A stretch of DNA of 64,000 nt from a virus (IMGVR_UViG_2907202186_000003:74081-138080); one strand, 5' to 3'; shown: positions 9,061 to 17,644, counted from the stretch's first letter. The notes: a model not told the origin generated them from the sequence alone. A program made the numbers and translations.

Positions 9061-9228
9061 TTAAATTGCTACAAGTTGGATGTTGGCTTTTTCTCCAGGA
9101 ATAATAACCAAATCACCGTCTTCCTCACACATCTGTTTAAACAATATCATTTGTTCGTATTTCGGAAAAGTATATGTATTCATTACTAGTTTACCTAGTA
9201 CCTTTTCAACAACAGCGATTTTATACAT
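9061..9228 (-). CDS. small hypothetical protein (55 aa, not in ORF track)
   Basis: MYKIAVVEKVLGKLVMNTYTFPKYEQM...; GAGGTGA RBS. Confidence 0.55.
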   Translation of the reverse strand: MYKIAVVEKVLGKLVMNTYTFPKYEQMILFKQMCEEDGDLVIIPGEKANIQLVAI

Positions 9229-9321
9229 TTCAATATCACCTCTTTGTTTTGTTAGTTAAATTATACCATATGATTTTATATTATGTCTATATTTATTTTG
9301 TTAAATATAAAGGAATAAACA

Positions 9322-9957
9322 TCATCCTTTATATTCTGTATCGCTATTCAAAATAGGATCGAAATATTTTTCCTCGGCTCGTTTACGAGCTTTTATAGCA
9401 TCTTCCTTTTCGGAAAAATACCCTAGAGATATTTGTTTCCCCTTAAATCCAATGTGTGCCGTCCATTTTTGACGGGATTCATTCCATCGTACACCCTTGT
9501 GTCCACTTTTATTGCCTTTATGGAGCTTTGCCTTCAAAGCGGTTTTCCTCGTCCCATCCACACGGTCAGTTTTTTCATGCTCTCTTGCACCTATATCACG
9601 TTTTTCCTCTCTATTACACCCACAACTCTTATAATACCCAGCCCGCAGGCTGGCCCCGAGAACATATATAACTTCCCCACACTTGCAACGACATTCCCAA
9701 AGCCTTGTTCCGTTTGCCCCTCTTTTGTCGCTTAGTCGGATAACCTTCAAATCACCAAAATCCATGTCAGACAAGTCTTTCATTCTTGATGTGGTCCTAT
9801 GGCTGCCATATTCCAATTCAGCGTCTTTTCGCGCTTGTACGGCGTCCTCGACATCAGTGAAATAGCCTAAATATTTTCGTTTTTTATTTACAAATATATA
9901 AGCACGATACTTGCCTTTGCGGCTGTCATAACTAACGTCTTTGTGATCATCTATCAT
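9322..9957 (-). CDS. AP2-domain DNA-binding protein (homing-endonuclease-associated architecture)
   Basis: Two AP2-like repeats (KYRAYI...YLGYF.D.EDAV.AR; KWTAHI...SLGYF.EKEDAI.AR) flank a WECRCKCG...KSCGC module. Confidence 0.8.
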   Translation of the reverse strand: MIDDHKDVSYDSRKGKYRAYIFVNKKRKYLGYFTDVEDAVQARKDAELEYGSHRTTSRMKDLSDMDFGDLKVIRLSDKRGANGTRLWECRCKCGEVIYVLGASLRAGYYKSCGCNREEKRDIGAREHEKTDRVDGTRKTALKAKLHKGNKSGHKGVRWNESRQKWTAHIGFKGKQISLGYFSEKEDAIKARKRAEEKYFDPILNSDTEYKG

Positions 9958-10172
9958 TTTCCTACCTCAAATCGGCTTGCGAACCAAAGCGGAGTTAAAT
10001 TACCTGTCCGCCCCTTGATTACAGCATCTGGCCGTGAAAACCGCTTTTCCTTACCGCGGTAAGATGGATTCAACATCGCCTTAGCTGTCTTACTTACATT
10101 TTGCTGAGTGGTACCGATATGTTCAGCAACCCACTCAGCTCCAACGTATTCAAGGGGCGGTGTTACTTTACC
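9954..10172 (-). CDS. small HTH protein, Aca-like/AlpA-like (no canonical start visible; not in ORF track)
   Basis: Open frame ...LEYVGAEWVAEHIGTTQQNVSKTAK...FSRPDAVI...PLWF. Its TGA overlaps the ATG of the AP2 gene. Confidence 0.55.
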   Translation of the reverse strand, partial: GKVTPPLEYVGAEWVAEHIGTTQQNVSKTAKAMLNPSYRGKEKRFSRPDAVIKGRTGNLTPLWFASRFEVGK

Positions 10173-10441
10173 AGTGTCACGCCTATTGGATTATACCAGT
10201 CACACATTTCTGACTCATCAGTGATTTCTTCGTACTCATCATAAACATCCCACACCAGAATATATTCGTTATTTTCTGCATCAACAGCGGTTGCTTTGTA
10301 GTGGGGGCGTTCGCCGGAAACTCCATCAATATATGGGTCCTGTGTGGTCTTCAAGGTTTTCCCTTCAAAATCAATCACCGTCGAGTTAAACTCGTTCAGA
10401 TCGCTAAAAGTTTTCACTAAATTTTTCCTCCTTGACATCAT
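10163..10441 (-). CDS. small acidic hypothetical protein (candidate anti-CRISPR); true start probably internal
   Basis: D/E-rich C-terminus WDVYDEYEEITDESEMCDW; lies next to the solitary CRISPR repeat and the HTH gene. Confidence 0.55.
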   Translation of the reverse strand: MMSRRKNLVKTFSDLNEFNSTVIDFEGKTLKTTQDPYIDGVSGERPHYKATAVDAENNEYILVWDVYDEYEEITDESEMCDWYNPIGVTLVK

Positions 10442-10460
10442 ATTTAATATGATTTAATTT
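10432..10460 (+). promoter_or_regulatory. sigma-A-like promoter with palindromic operator for the solitary repeat
   Basis: TTGACA at 10432-10437; TG-A-TTTAAT or TAATTT as -10; perfect palindrome ATCATATT-T-AATATGAT at 10437-10453. Confidence 0.65.
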
Positions 10461-10472
10461 AAAAATGTAAGT

Positions 10473-10504
10473 GTCGCACCCCGTGCGAGTGCGTGGATTG
10501 AAAT
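10473..10504 (+). CRISPR. solitary type I-C-like CRISPR repeat (candidate Racr / crRNA-like RNA)
   Basis: GTCGCACCCCGTGCGAGTGCGTGGATTGAAAT (32 nt) fits the I-C repeat pattern GTCGCAC...GTGCGTGGATTGAAAT. No second repeat and no cas genes were seen. Confidence 0.88.
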
Positions 10505-10526
10505 ATTCTTATAGTATTTCAGCAGG

Positions 10527-10551
10527 AGGCCCTTTACGGGGCCTTTTGTGT
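10527..10551 (+). terminator. intrinsic terminator after the solitary repeat
   Basis: AGGCCC-TTTACG-GGGCCT followed by TTTGTGT. Confidence 0.7.
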
Positions 10552-10577
10552 TACCATCCCGATGATGCCCTCTTAAT

Positions 10578-10979
10578 TTAAAATAGTTGCGCAATCACGA
10601 GAGCGTCCTTTATTACAATCTCTCCGTGATCAGGATCGTCATGGCGTCCCAGGCGCTTACTGGCGATTATGTAACAATGATCGGTACCAAAAATTTGGTC
10701 GCGCGCCTTTTCAGCTGCGAAGGAAGAATATTCGTAAGTCTGGCTGATTGACATGTCCCAGGCGGATGTACCGTTAAGAAGTTCCATCTCCTCGTATTCC
10801 TCTGTCCCGTATTTAGGGAACTCCCTTTCATCTTCGCGATCAGCGTTATGGCGGCTGTATTCGCATTCCTCACCGATCGCGCGTTCCTTGTTTTCAAAAC
10901 GAAGTCCGATAAAATAGAATTCATTCTCATTGGCGACGTAGATTTCTTTAGCCTCCGCGTACATTTCTGCGACTGTCAT
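10578..10979 (-). CDS. acidic hypothetical protein, possible ADP-ribosyltransferase-like fold (candidate anti-defence)
   Basis: Start MTVAEM after GAAGGAGG; IGLR / GTSAW / DHGEIVI recall the R-S-E ART motifs. Confidence 0.55.
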   Translation of the reverse strand: MTVAEMYAEAKEIYVANENEFYFIGLRFENKERAIGEECEYSRHNADREDEREFPKYGTEEYEEMELLNGTSAWDMSISQTYEYSSFAAEKARDQIFGTDHCYIIASKRLGRHDDPDHGEIVIKDALVIAQLF

Positions 10980-11028
10980 CTTAATTCCTCCTTCATATAT
11001 TTTTCCGTGATTCCTTGTTGTTGGTTTT

Positions 11029-11061
11029 ATTATATCACACAAGGTTGTGCTACACAACCTT
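11029..11061 (-). promoter_or_regulatory. sigma-A promoter with palindromic operator
   Basis: Minus strand TTGTGT-17 bp-TATAAT with extended TG; perfect inverted repeat AAGGTTGTG-CTA-CACAACCTT at 11041-11061. Confidence 0.7.
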
Positions 11062-11192
11062 TTCTTGAAAATATTATAATTTCCATACACAAATAACTCC
11101 AAGCAACAAAACTAACTCGCTTGGAGTTTGATAAAATTAATCTTTCATTAAGAAAGACAACCCCGAAAATAAGATTGTCTTTGCAATATAAA

Positions 11193-11378
11193 TTATTCAG
11201 TTTCAGTCCAGTACATGATTTTCACATGATTTGGAGTGGTTTTTTCTAACCTCACAATCTGTTCTTTTACATAATCATGTACTTCTCTCTCTTCTCCATT
11301 TGGAACATCGTAAATGCTTGCTCTTTTGTTGTGCTGTACTCTGTCAACAAATAGAATGTAATCAACTTCGAGTGTCAT
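11193..11378 (-). CDS. small hypothetical protein
   Basis: GAGGGG RBS. Confidence 0.55.
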   Translation of the reverse strand: MTLEVDYILFVDRVQHNKRASIYDVPNGEEREVHDYVKEQIVRLEKTTPNHVKIMYWTETE

Positions 11379-11478
11379 GATTGCCAGCCCCTCTATATGT
11401 AATTATTTTCCTGTTATATCTTTACGCTTGTCGGAGTCAAAGTTTACTAGCCGAGAGATTGTTATCAAAAAAATAAAG

Positions 11479-11973
11479 TTAGGAGTTACTTTTTAGTTTT
11501 ACCTTATATTTTTCAGCTAGTTCTTTTACTTTATCCTGATATTCTCGCATCATCTTCCTTGCCTCTGAAAGCTTCTCATTCGCTTCAGTAATAGTCTTTA
11601 TATCCTGTTCTTCTAGAGCATAAGCGATTGTTGTTAAAGCTGAATTCTGACGATTTAATCCGTCTATATAAATATTATGTACTTCTCGTAACTCTTTTGA
11701 TTCAATTTTAACACTTTCAACTTTTCCAGTGAACTCGTTATAACCAGGTATTACTTTGTCCACCAAAACGTTGTAGGTTGTTTCGTCATCCGTAAAATTT
11801 GCTCCTGTTACACTTTCATAGGTATTAACTAACTCCTGTTCTTCAGTAAACAGAGGAACCATTTGTTCGTTAATATAAGACAGTAATTCTTCTGTTACCG
11901 GGTCAGTTTTGCTACACCCCATTAGAACATTAAAGAGCAACATAGTGCTGATAAGAATTATTAACTTTTTCAA
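11479..11973 (-). CDS. lipoprotein, helical
   Basis: Signal peptide with lipobox LMGC. Confidence 0.75.
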   Translation of the reverse strand: MKKLIILISTMLLFNVLMGCSKTDPVTEELLSYINEQMVPLFTEEQELVNTYESVTGANFTDDETTYNVLVDKVIPGYNEFTGKVESVKIESKELREVHNIYIDGLNRQNSALTTIAYALEEQDIKTITEANEKLSEARKMMREYQDKVKELAEKYKVKLKSNS

Positions 11974-12109
11974 AAGAAAACCTCCTAGTCTTAAATACCT
12001 TTTATCTTGTAGATTATAATGGAAAATAGTTCAAAAGCAATAGGGTATTTGGAACTAATTACATCTAATTCATTTCACAACTCTTCTTATTTTTCATGAA
12101 ATAACTGTT

Positions 12110-12295
12110 TTATCCAACTTTATCTTCTATTACCTGACAGACTGTGTGTGTAAGTACTAAAAATGTTAATGTAAATAATAAAAACGGAAAACTATTGTGC
12201 CATCCTTCTTGAAATACACACTGTGTATCTAATACTCCAAAAACAAAACAAGCGATACCAAATAATACAAGTCTACATTTAGATAATTTCTCCAT
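12110..12295 (-). CDS. small membrane protein
   Basis: Start MEKLSK after AAGGAG; two hydrophobic segments. Confidence 0.5.
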   Translation of the reverse strand: MEKLSKCRLVLFGIACFVFGVLDTQCVFQEGWHNSFPFLLFTLTFLVLTHTVCQVIEDKVG

Positions 12296-12355
12296 TGTCC
12301 ATATCTCCTTTTTGTAAAATTCTGCTTTTAACAGCTTCCTAATTAATAACTCCAA

Positions 12356-12658
12356 CTAATTTTGATCAAAAATCATGCAGTACTCACAATCATCAAAAAT
12401 GGCCTTTTCAATTTCTTTATTGGTTGCATCCTCCCAAACAGTTACCTTCCCGTTATATGTACCAATTGGCCTGACACTAATTGTATATTCGACTTCCTTG
12501 ATTTTTCTTTGTTCGCTGTACGCTTTCTCTGCTGCTATAAGATTCTCAATAGCTTCATCAAACTCAGCTCTAGTTCGATTATTGTTTGTTGTTCCTGCAA
12601 TACATGCCTTTTGATTAACAATGGATTGCAATTTCTCAATATCTTTTCTTGTGATCAT
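12356..12658 (-). CDS. hypothetical protein
   Basis: GAGGTGA RBS following the motif at 12677. Confidence 0.65.
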   Translation of the reverse strand: MITRKDIEKLQSIVNQKACIAGTTNNNRTRAEFDEAIENLIAAEKAYSEQRKIKEVEYTISVRPIGTYNGKVTVWEDATNKEIEKAIFDDCEYCMIFDQN

Positions 12659-12690
12659 TTCTCTTTCTCACCTCTTATAAAATACTGTTT

Positions 12691-12978
12691 TTATTGGAAG
12701 TACATTTCCTCGATTTTACGTTTAAATCGCGCTAAATTATTTTTTGCTTGTTGGTATGATCCATTCAAACCCTTCAACTCCAACGAATCAATTTGAGCAC
12801 CAAATTGATTAAACACCGTTACCGATAAATCAAAATCTCCAAAAAACTTATGATTTTCATTAAATATATTTTCTTTCCCTACTATTTCTGCCTGAGCTTT
12901 ATAGTTGTTATTGCTTAAATACTCCAGCGAACAATTTTTTATATCAAGTTTCTCAGTTGCCCATTCCATCTTTACCAC
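12691..12978 (-). CDS. hypothetical protein
   Basis: Bounded by motifs at 12677 and 12984. Confidence 0.65.
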   Translation of the reverse strand: MVKMEWATEKLDIKNCSLEYLSNNNYKAQAEIVGKENIFNENHKFFGDFDLSVTVFNQFGAQIDSLELKGLNGSYQQAKNNLARFKRKIEEMYFQ

Positions 12979-12997
12979 TCCTTATAAAATCGTTGTT

Positions 12998-13279
12998 TCA
13001 CTTAGATTCCTTAAATACCTGGTCATAATTTCCTTCAACATCTACTAAATGCAAATATGAATAAATCTGTGCAACAATATCTTTAATCTCTTTTCTTTGT
13101 CGTAGAACAAAGTTACGGTACAATTCATCTTTTAATAGTTCTTCTCCCACCAGACCGGAGAGCATCTCAATTTTACTTGTGATATCTGCAATCTCATTTC
13201 CCATTGCCTTCACTTTATTTCTTGCATATCCTGTAAAGTGGATCTCTTTTTCAATGCTTTCCAATTGATCTCGATTCAT
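12998..13279 (-). CDS. hypothetical protein
   Basis: Bounded by motifs at 12984 and 13309. Confidence 0.65.
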   Translation of the reverse strand: MNRDQLESIEKEIHFTGYARNKVKAMGNEIADITSKIEMLSGLVGEELLKDELYRNFVLRQRKEIKDIVAQIYSYLHLVDVEGNYDQVFKESK

Positions 13280-13682
13280 TTAGTTAACTCCTTATATTAT
13301 GTATTTTTATTAAATAACCGTTTTAATAATGATAAGCCCCCATAAACCGATGCACAGTGAATACAAGATTGCATTTTCAAACGTTAGATGCTTCATAATT
13401 CTCATGTGATTTCCTCCACCTAATCTATAAAGCGTTGCTGTTCTTTATCATGTGAAAGTAACCTTTCATACAGAGAATTCATATCGTTCACATATAAATC
13501 GAGTAAAAAATTTAAATAGATAAACTCCTCAATGGATGCAATTTGCTGGTCTATTGCATCCATGATCTCATCAGGTAAAAGCGCAGGAAGCAATATACTG
13601 GAGGTTTCCTGCGCTTACCTGATAATTAACGTATGTACATTTTATATCGCTCTCTCTATGCATTGTTGTGGTCTCATAAACT

Positions 13683-13925
13683 CTACCAAAAACATGATCC
13701 AGTATTATTATATGTTACCTGATGAATTCCTTTTGTTTTAAGGAAAGCCTCCAATTTACTATAAAATTCATTTGAGGGATTAAGAACGAAACTGCTAACA
13801 AACGCATTATCAGTTATGCCTATATCAACTTTAAATCCGTTTCGTCTTAGCTTAATTATTGATCCCATGTTTTTAAGCGTTTGATTAAATTCATTTATAT
13901 ATTCTTCAGTAATTTCACTCATCAA
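13683..13925 (-). CDS. hypothetical protein
   Basis: AAGGAGTGG RBS. Confidence 0.6.
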   Translation of the reverse strand: MMSEITEEYINEFNQTLKNMGSIIKLRRNGFKVDIGITDNAFVSSFVLNPSNEFYSKLEAFLKTKGIHQVTYNNTGSCFW

Positions 13926-14010
13926 ACTTCCACTCCTTTTTAATATGAATCGATTTTCAGGATACCATCTCTTAAAGTTGTAGTAAAGACGAATAGGAGA
14001 ATTATATCCC

Positions 14011-14511
14011 CTATTCTAATCCGCACTTATCACAAAATTCATCCCATGCCTTATCATATTTCTTACTTCCCGATCTACCTCCAAACTCTTTAGACCACAT
14101 GTCTGCTACAATTTGAAATTGTCTATCAGTTAGGTCTTCGATTTCTTTCATGAATAACTCTTGTGCTATGCTGTAGCAAAATCCCTTTTCCTGTATTCTT
14201 ATTTCGATACCACTTGGTGGATAATATCGCTTATTGTCTTTATCCATCAGATAATCGATAAGCCATCCGTTTTTCTCATAATAGTACTCGCGCGTTTTCT
14301 GTTCTTCTGTTTCTCTTGCCTCAATTTGTGCGTGTCTGTCTGCCTTAAACTTTATGTATTCGTCAACATTTCTTTTGTTTCCCATTTCCCAAACTTTGAT
14401 GCCTGACACAATCTGCACACATTCGCTACCATATGGCTTACCTTGATACTCGAAAATGTTCTTGATACCTTGACCACATCTCGTACAATTAGAAATGATT
14501 CCTGTTTCCAT
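14011..14511 (-). CDS. hypothetical protein with N-terminal Zn-finger-like motif
   Basis: CTRCG...YGSECV; GGAGG RBS. Confidence 0.7.
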   Translation of the reverse strand: METGIISNCTRCGQGIKNIFEYQGKPYGSECVQIVSGIKVWEMGNKRNVDEYIKFKADRHAQIEARETEEQKTREYYYEKNGWLIDYLMDKDNKRYYPPSGIEIRIQEKGFCYSIAQELFMKEIEDLTDRQFQIVADMWSKEFGGRSGSKKYDKAWDEFCDKCGLE

Positions 14512-14638
14512 TTTTGACCGCCTCCGTGTTTTAACTTATAACTAATTATAACACGGGTTATGCATTTACACAATAATATGTTTATATTTATTTTATTGTT
14601 TTTACTTAAAATAAGCATTTCATCGTGTTTTATAAACC

Positions 14639-14854
14639 TTATGTATCACTGTTGGAATTCTCTATTAGAATTTCACAAGCACTATCAAATACAATTTCTT
14701 TCGACAACTGATATCGCTCTTTATTCTTCTCATAATGCACTACAAACATAGGATAAAGTTGCAATTCACTACAACCTTCTTTCATGAGTCTCATCTTTAA
14801 TACTTTTAGATGAGTTCTTAAATGCTCAACAGTTTTTATCTCCAAGTTAACCAC
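14639..14854 (-). CDS. hypothetical protein
   Basis: ORF downstream-bounded by the motif at 14606. Confidence 0.5.
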   Translation of the reverse strand: MVNLEIKTVEHLRTHLKVLKMRLMKEGCSELQLYPMFVVHYEKNKERYQLSKEIVFDSACEILIENSNSDT

Positions 14855-14871
14855 ACCTTATTACATTTATT

Positions 14872-15093
14872 TTATTTACTGCTATAACCAGAAGAACGAA
14901 TTATGCTTTCAATCGAATTTATATTGTTTCTCTCTAAAATAATGTTTCTTACCCAATTCGGCCTATTTAATTTATTTTTATAAAAGGCTTTTTGGAATAC
15001 CTTTATGTTTCCTTCGCCCGTAAATATGGCAATTTTACAAGGTGTATTTTGCATTGCTTTTATTGTTCCTTCATAAATCTTAAATAATTTCAT
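14872..15093 (-). CDS. hypothetical protein
   Basis: AGGAG RBS. Confidence 0.6.
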   Translation of the reverse strand: MKLFKIYEGTIKAMQNTPCKIAIFTGEGNIKVFQKAFYKNKLNRPNWVRNIILERNNINSIESIIRSSGYSSK

Positions 15094-15117
15094 TTTTATT
15101 TCTCCTATAATTAATAA

Positions 15118-15264
15118 CTACCATTCTCTACCGTTTCTGACCGCTTCTAAATTTTCTTTTGCGTGGTTAATGTATTCTTCTTTTCGAGAATCATTTCCAT
15201 AAGCACTAACTACCTTTTCCAATTGTTTTTCATAATACTTAATTAGCTCTTCTCTTGTTTTCAT
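15118..15264 (-). CDS. small hypothetical protein (48 aa, not in ORF track)
   Basis: MKTREELIKYYEKQLEKVV...GREW*; GAGGGGG RBS. Confidence 0.55.
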   Translation of the reverse strand: MKTREELIKYYEKQLEKVVSAYGNDSRKEEYINHAKENLEAVRNGREW

Positions 15265-15322
15265 TTTTTCATTCCCCCTCTAATTTGTTGGTGAAACAAG
15301 CGTTACTTAGATACTTTTTACT

Positions 15323-15562
15323 CTAGATCCCTTCAACCTCAATTACTCTATCAATCATTTCTTCCAGGTCCAAGACAGACTTTTCATTAACTTTAATTTG
15401 ATTTTTATATACTTCAATTGTGCATTTTTCTGTAAGTATTGTTGCTGTAGGTGCAATTACAAATGTTGTACTGTCTCCTGCTACTTCGTGACCATAACCA
15501 TATGTATTCAATTTCTCGCTGATTGAGTTGACCAGTTTTTCAATGCTCTTCATCGGTATCAC
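15323..15562 (-). CDS. hypothetical protein
   Basis: ORF with RBS. Confidence 0.6.
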   Translation of the reverse strand: MIPMKSIEKLVNSISEKLNTYGYGHEVAGDSTTFVIAPTATILTEKCTIEVYKNQIKVNEKSVLDLEEMIDRVIEVEGI

Positions 15563-15765
15563 TTCCTTATAATTTGTATAATTACTTTATTAAATGTTAT
15601 ATCTAAGTGGATAGATTTTTTCCTTCCTGTGGCAATATACATAAATAGTATTATTGTGAAATCCTATTGTTTCCATTTTTGTCCCAGCGATATGAAAAAT
15701 GAAACCTTTCTCCGTTATGTTTTTCATCTTTTGTCCCCTCCAGTTTAGTTGAAACAAGAATTTTA

Positions 15766-16077
15766 TCAATTGTCGATCATTTGCAGATTATTTCTTGTAA
15801 TAAAAGCTTTAACTTCTGAAACACCCCAAGCTTCTTTTCCCCAATCTTTTATATTTTCACTTTCAAAATTCTCTACTCTATTAAATTCAACCGAAACTCC
15901 TTCTTCAATGAGTTTATCAAGGCACGAAGAATGTCTGTATGTCTCCATTTGATAAAATTCTTTATGCTCATCTTCGATAAGTAGACCTTTTTTTTCTATA
16001 AAGCAGAGTTTGATTTTTTTCTGCTCTAATTCTGATAATACATCTTTAAAATCCACAATAATCTTTTTATTTTTCAT
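15766..16077 (-). CDS. hypothetical protein
   Basis: Bounded by motifs at 15749 and 16098; GGAGG RBS. Confidence 0.65.
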   Translation of the reverse strand: MKNKKIIVDFKDVLSELEQKKIKLCFIEKKGLLIEDEHKEFYQMETYRHSSCLDKLIEEGVSVEFNRVENFESENIKDWGKEAWGVSEVKAFITRNNLQMIDN

Positions 16078-16138
16078 TTCTTATTCCTCCGTGTTCTATG
16101 AAATCACTCTTTCACTTACTGTTTTAGAAGGACACATA

Positions 16139-16618
16139 CTATTTTATATGTGTCCACAACTTACCCGAGTTCTTACTTTGACATTTCTTGCAAACATGTG
16201 CACCATCAGGTGGTAAATCTAATGGATCACCTTGAAGCAAATTAGGTCTATCAAGATTGTAACTTTGACAAGATGGATATCTATTATTCTCGATTTCAAA
16301 TCCAATTTTATGCCACGTTCCTGTTTTTGATTGCATCCACTTTTTAAGTCCAGCAGATTCCTCAATTGCTTTACTTGTATTTTTATTTTCTTTTTTTGCT
16401 TCTATATTTTGACGTTTGAGTAAATCTTGTTTCGCTCTGTTCAGATCACGCTGCAGTATGCCAATTTCAACTGCTGCTTTTCTTTCTTCAGAACCTGCAG
16501 GAAATGTTGCCCAGCACTCTAAAGGGTCAGCTCCTAAATTTTTTAGAGTTTCAACTTGTACTAAGATTTTCGATTCATATCTTTCAACCTTTTTAACGGC
16601 TGCCTCAAGTTTGTTCAC
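16139..16618 (-). CDS. hypothetical protein (coiled coil + C-terminal H/C motif)
   Basis: GGAGGG RBS; WH...C...CKKC. Confidence 0.6.
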   Translation of the reverse strand: MNKLEAAVKKVERYESKILVQVETLKNLGADPLECWATFPAGSEERKAAVEIGILQRDLNRAKQDLLKRQNIEAKKENKNTSKAIEESAGLKKWMQSKTGTWHKIGFEIENNRYPSCQSYNLDRPNLLQGDPLDLPPDGAHVCKKCQSKNSGKLWTHIK

Positions 16619-16738
16619 TTTGTCAACCCTCCATAATCGGATAAAATGAGTATTTCTTTTAACGATTTAGTTATATTATTATTATATTTACTTTATAATA
16701 AAATGTCAAGCCTTTGTTTTCTTTTTTTAAAGCGAAAT

Positions 16739-17206
16739 TCAAGTAAAATATTGATAATCAAATTCAATATTTAGCTCAATTTGCTCTATTGTCGGCTCCC
16801 AATATATTAAATTACCTTGATCTTTATAATAAGCTACGTTGTTTTTTATAAAGAATGTCTTATTCGAATAAAATCCACAATTTCTCATATCCTCCAATAA
16901 ATATTTTAAATCGTTACAGTCATCATTGAACAATAAACCATTTATATAGTTATAGTATTTAGCAAGATTATAAATTAATATCTCGTCTAAGCAGAATTCT
17001 AGATTTGGATGAAGTAAAACCTTATTCAAATTTATAAAAATTGTATCCTCTTCAAAAATCACATAACTATATCTATATTTCATTTTATTAGGAATGAATA
17101 TTTTTCCTTTATATTCAAGACTACATATCTTCTTTGCGAGAAATTTAGTCTTTCTTTCTAACATTGGAATGGAATTATCATCTTTCGAGAGTAATGTTTG
17201 AATCAA
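16739..17206 (-). CDS. hypothetical protein, possibly degenerate SprT-like
   Basis: LDEILIYNLAKYYNY.NG..F.D resembles the SprT HExxH region with the His residues lost. Confidence 0.45.
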   Translation of the reverse strand: MIQTLLSKDDNSIPMLERKTKFLAKKICSLEYKGKIFIPNKMKYRYSYVIFEEDTIFINLNKVLLHPNLEFCLDEILIYNLAKYYNYINGLLFNDDCNDLKYLLEDMRNCGFYSNKTFFIKNNVAYYKDQGNLIYWEPTIEQIELNIEFDYQYFT

Positions 17207-17371
17207 AATATTCTCTCCTTTTATTAAAGATTTTACTTAGTGTTCAAATATACAATGTTACTAATTGTACCATTGTATATTTGTCTTGCCACCTAACCGC
17301 TCAATGTCAGCGGTTAACGCTCTAGGCTTAAGGCTCAATCCCGATATGTCGGGAACCGCCTAGACGGTTTA

Positions 17372-17644
17372 TTATACATTCTGTTTTAGTAACAGATAGT
17401 TATAACTTGCTAATTCATTAAGGTCAATTCCCTTTGATTCAATTAAATTTTTGATCTGTTCTTTAAAGGTATTCAGTCCAGTGATTCGGTCTTCTTTATT
17501 TGCAATTTCTTCGGTGTTTTGGATTTCTTGTATCGCAAAGCTAATATCGATCATAAATCTATATAATTCTACTGGAGTACCTTTTAATTTAACCTCTAAT
17601 TCAATATTAGTTTCAAAATCATTTTTCATTGTAATTACCTCCAT
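17372..17644 (-). CDS. hypothetical protein
   Basis: GGAGG RBS before the internal MKNDF. Confidence 0.6.
   Translation of the reverse strand: MEVITMKNDFETNIELEVKLKGTPVELYRFMIDISFAIQEIQNTEEIANKEDRITGLNTFKEQIKNLIESKGIDLNELASYNYLLLKQNV

Noticed and set aside
10473-10600. CRISPR array
   Set aside because: Only one repeat is present; no second repeat follows at spacer distance and there are no cas genes.
13943-13960. Additional boundary-motif copies (13943, 15589, 9307)
   Set aside because: Too degenerate to distinguish from AT-rich background by eye; not counted.
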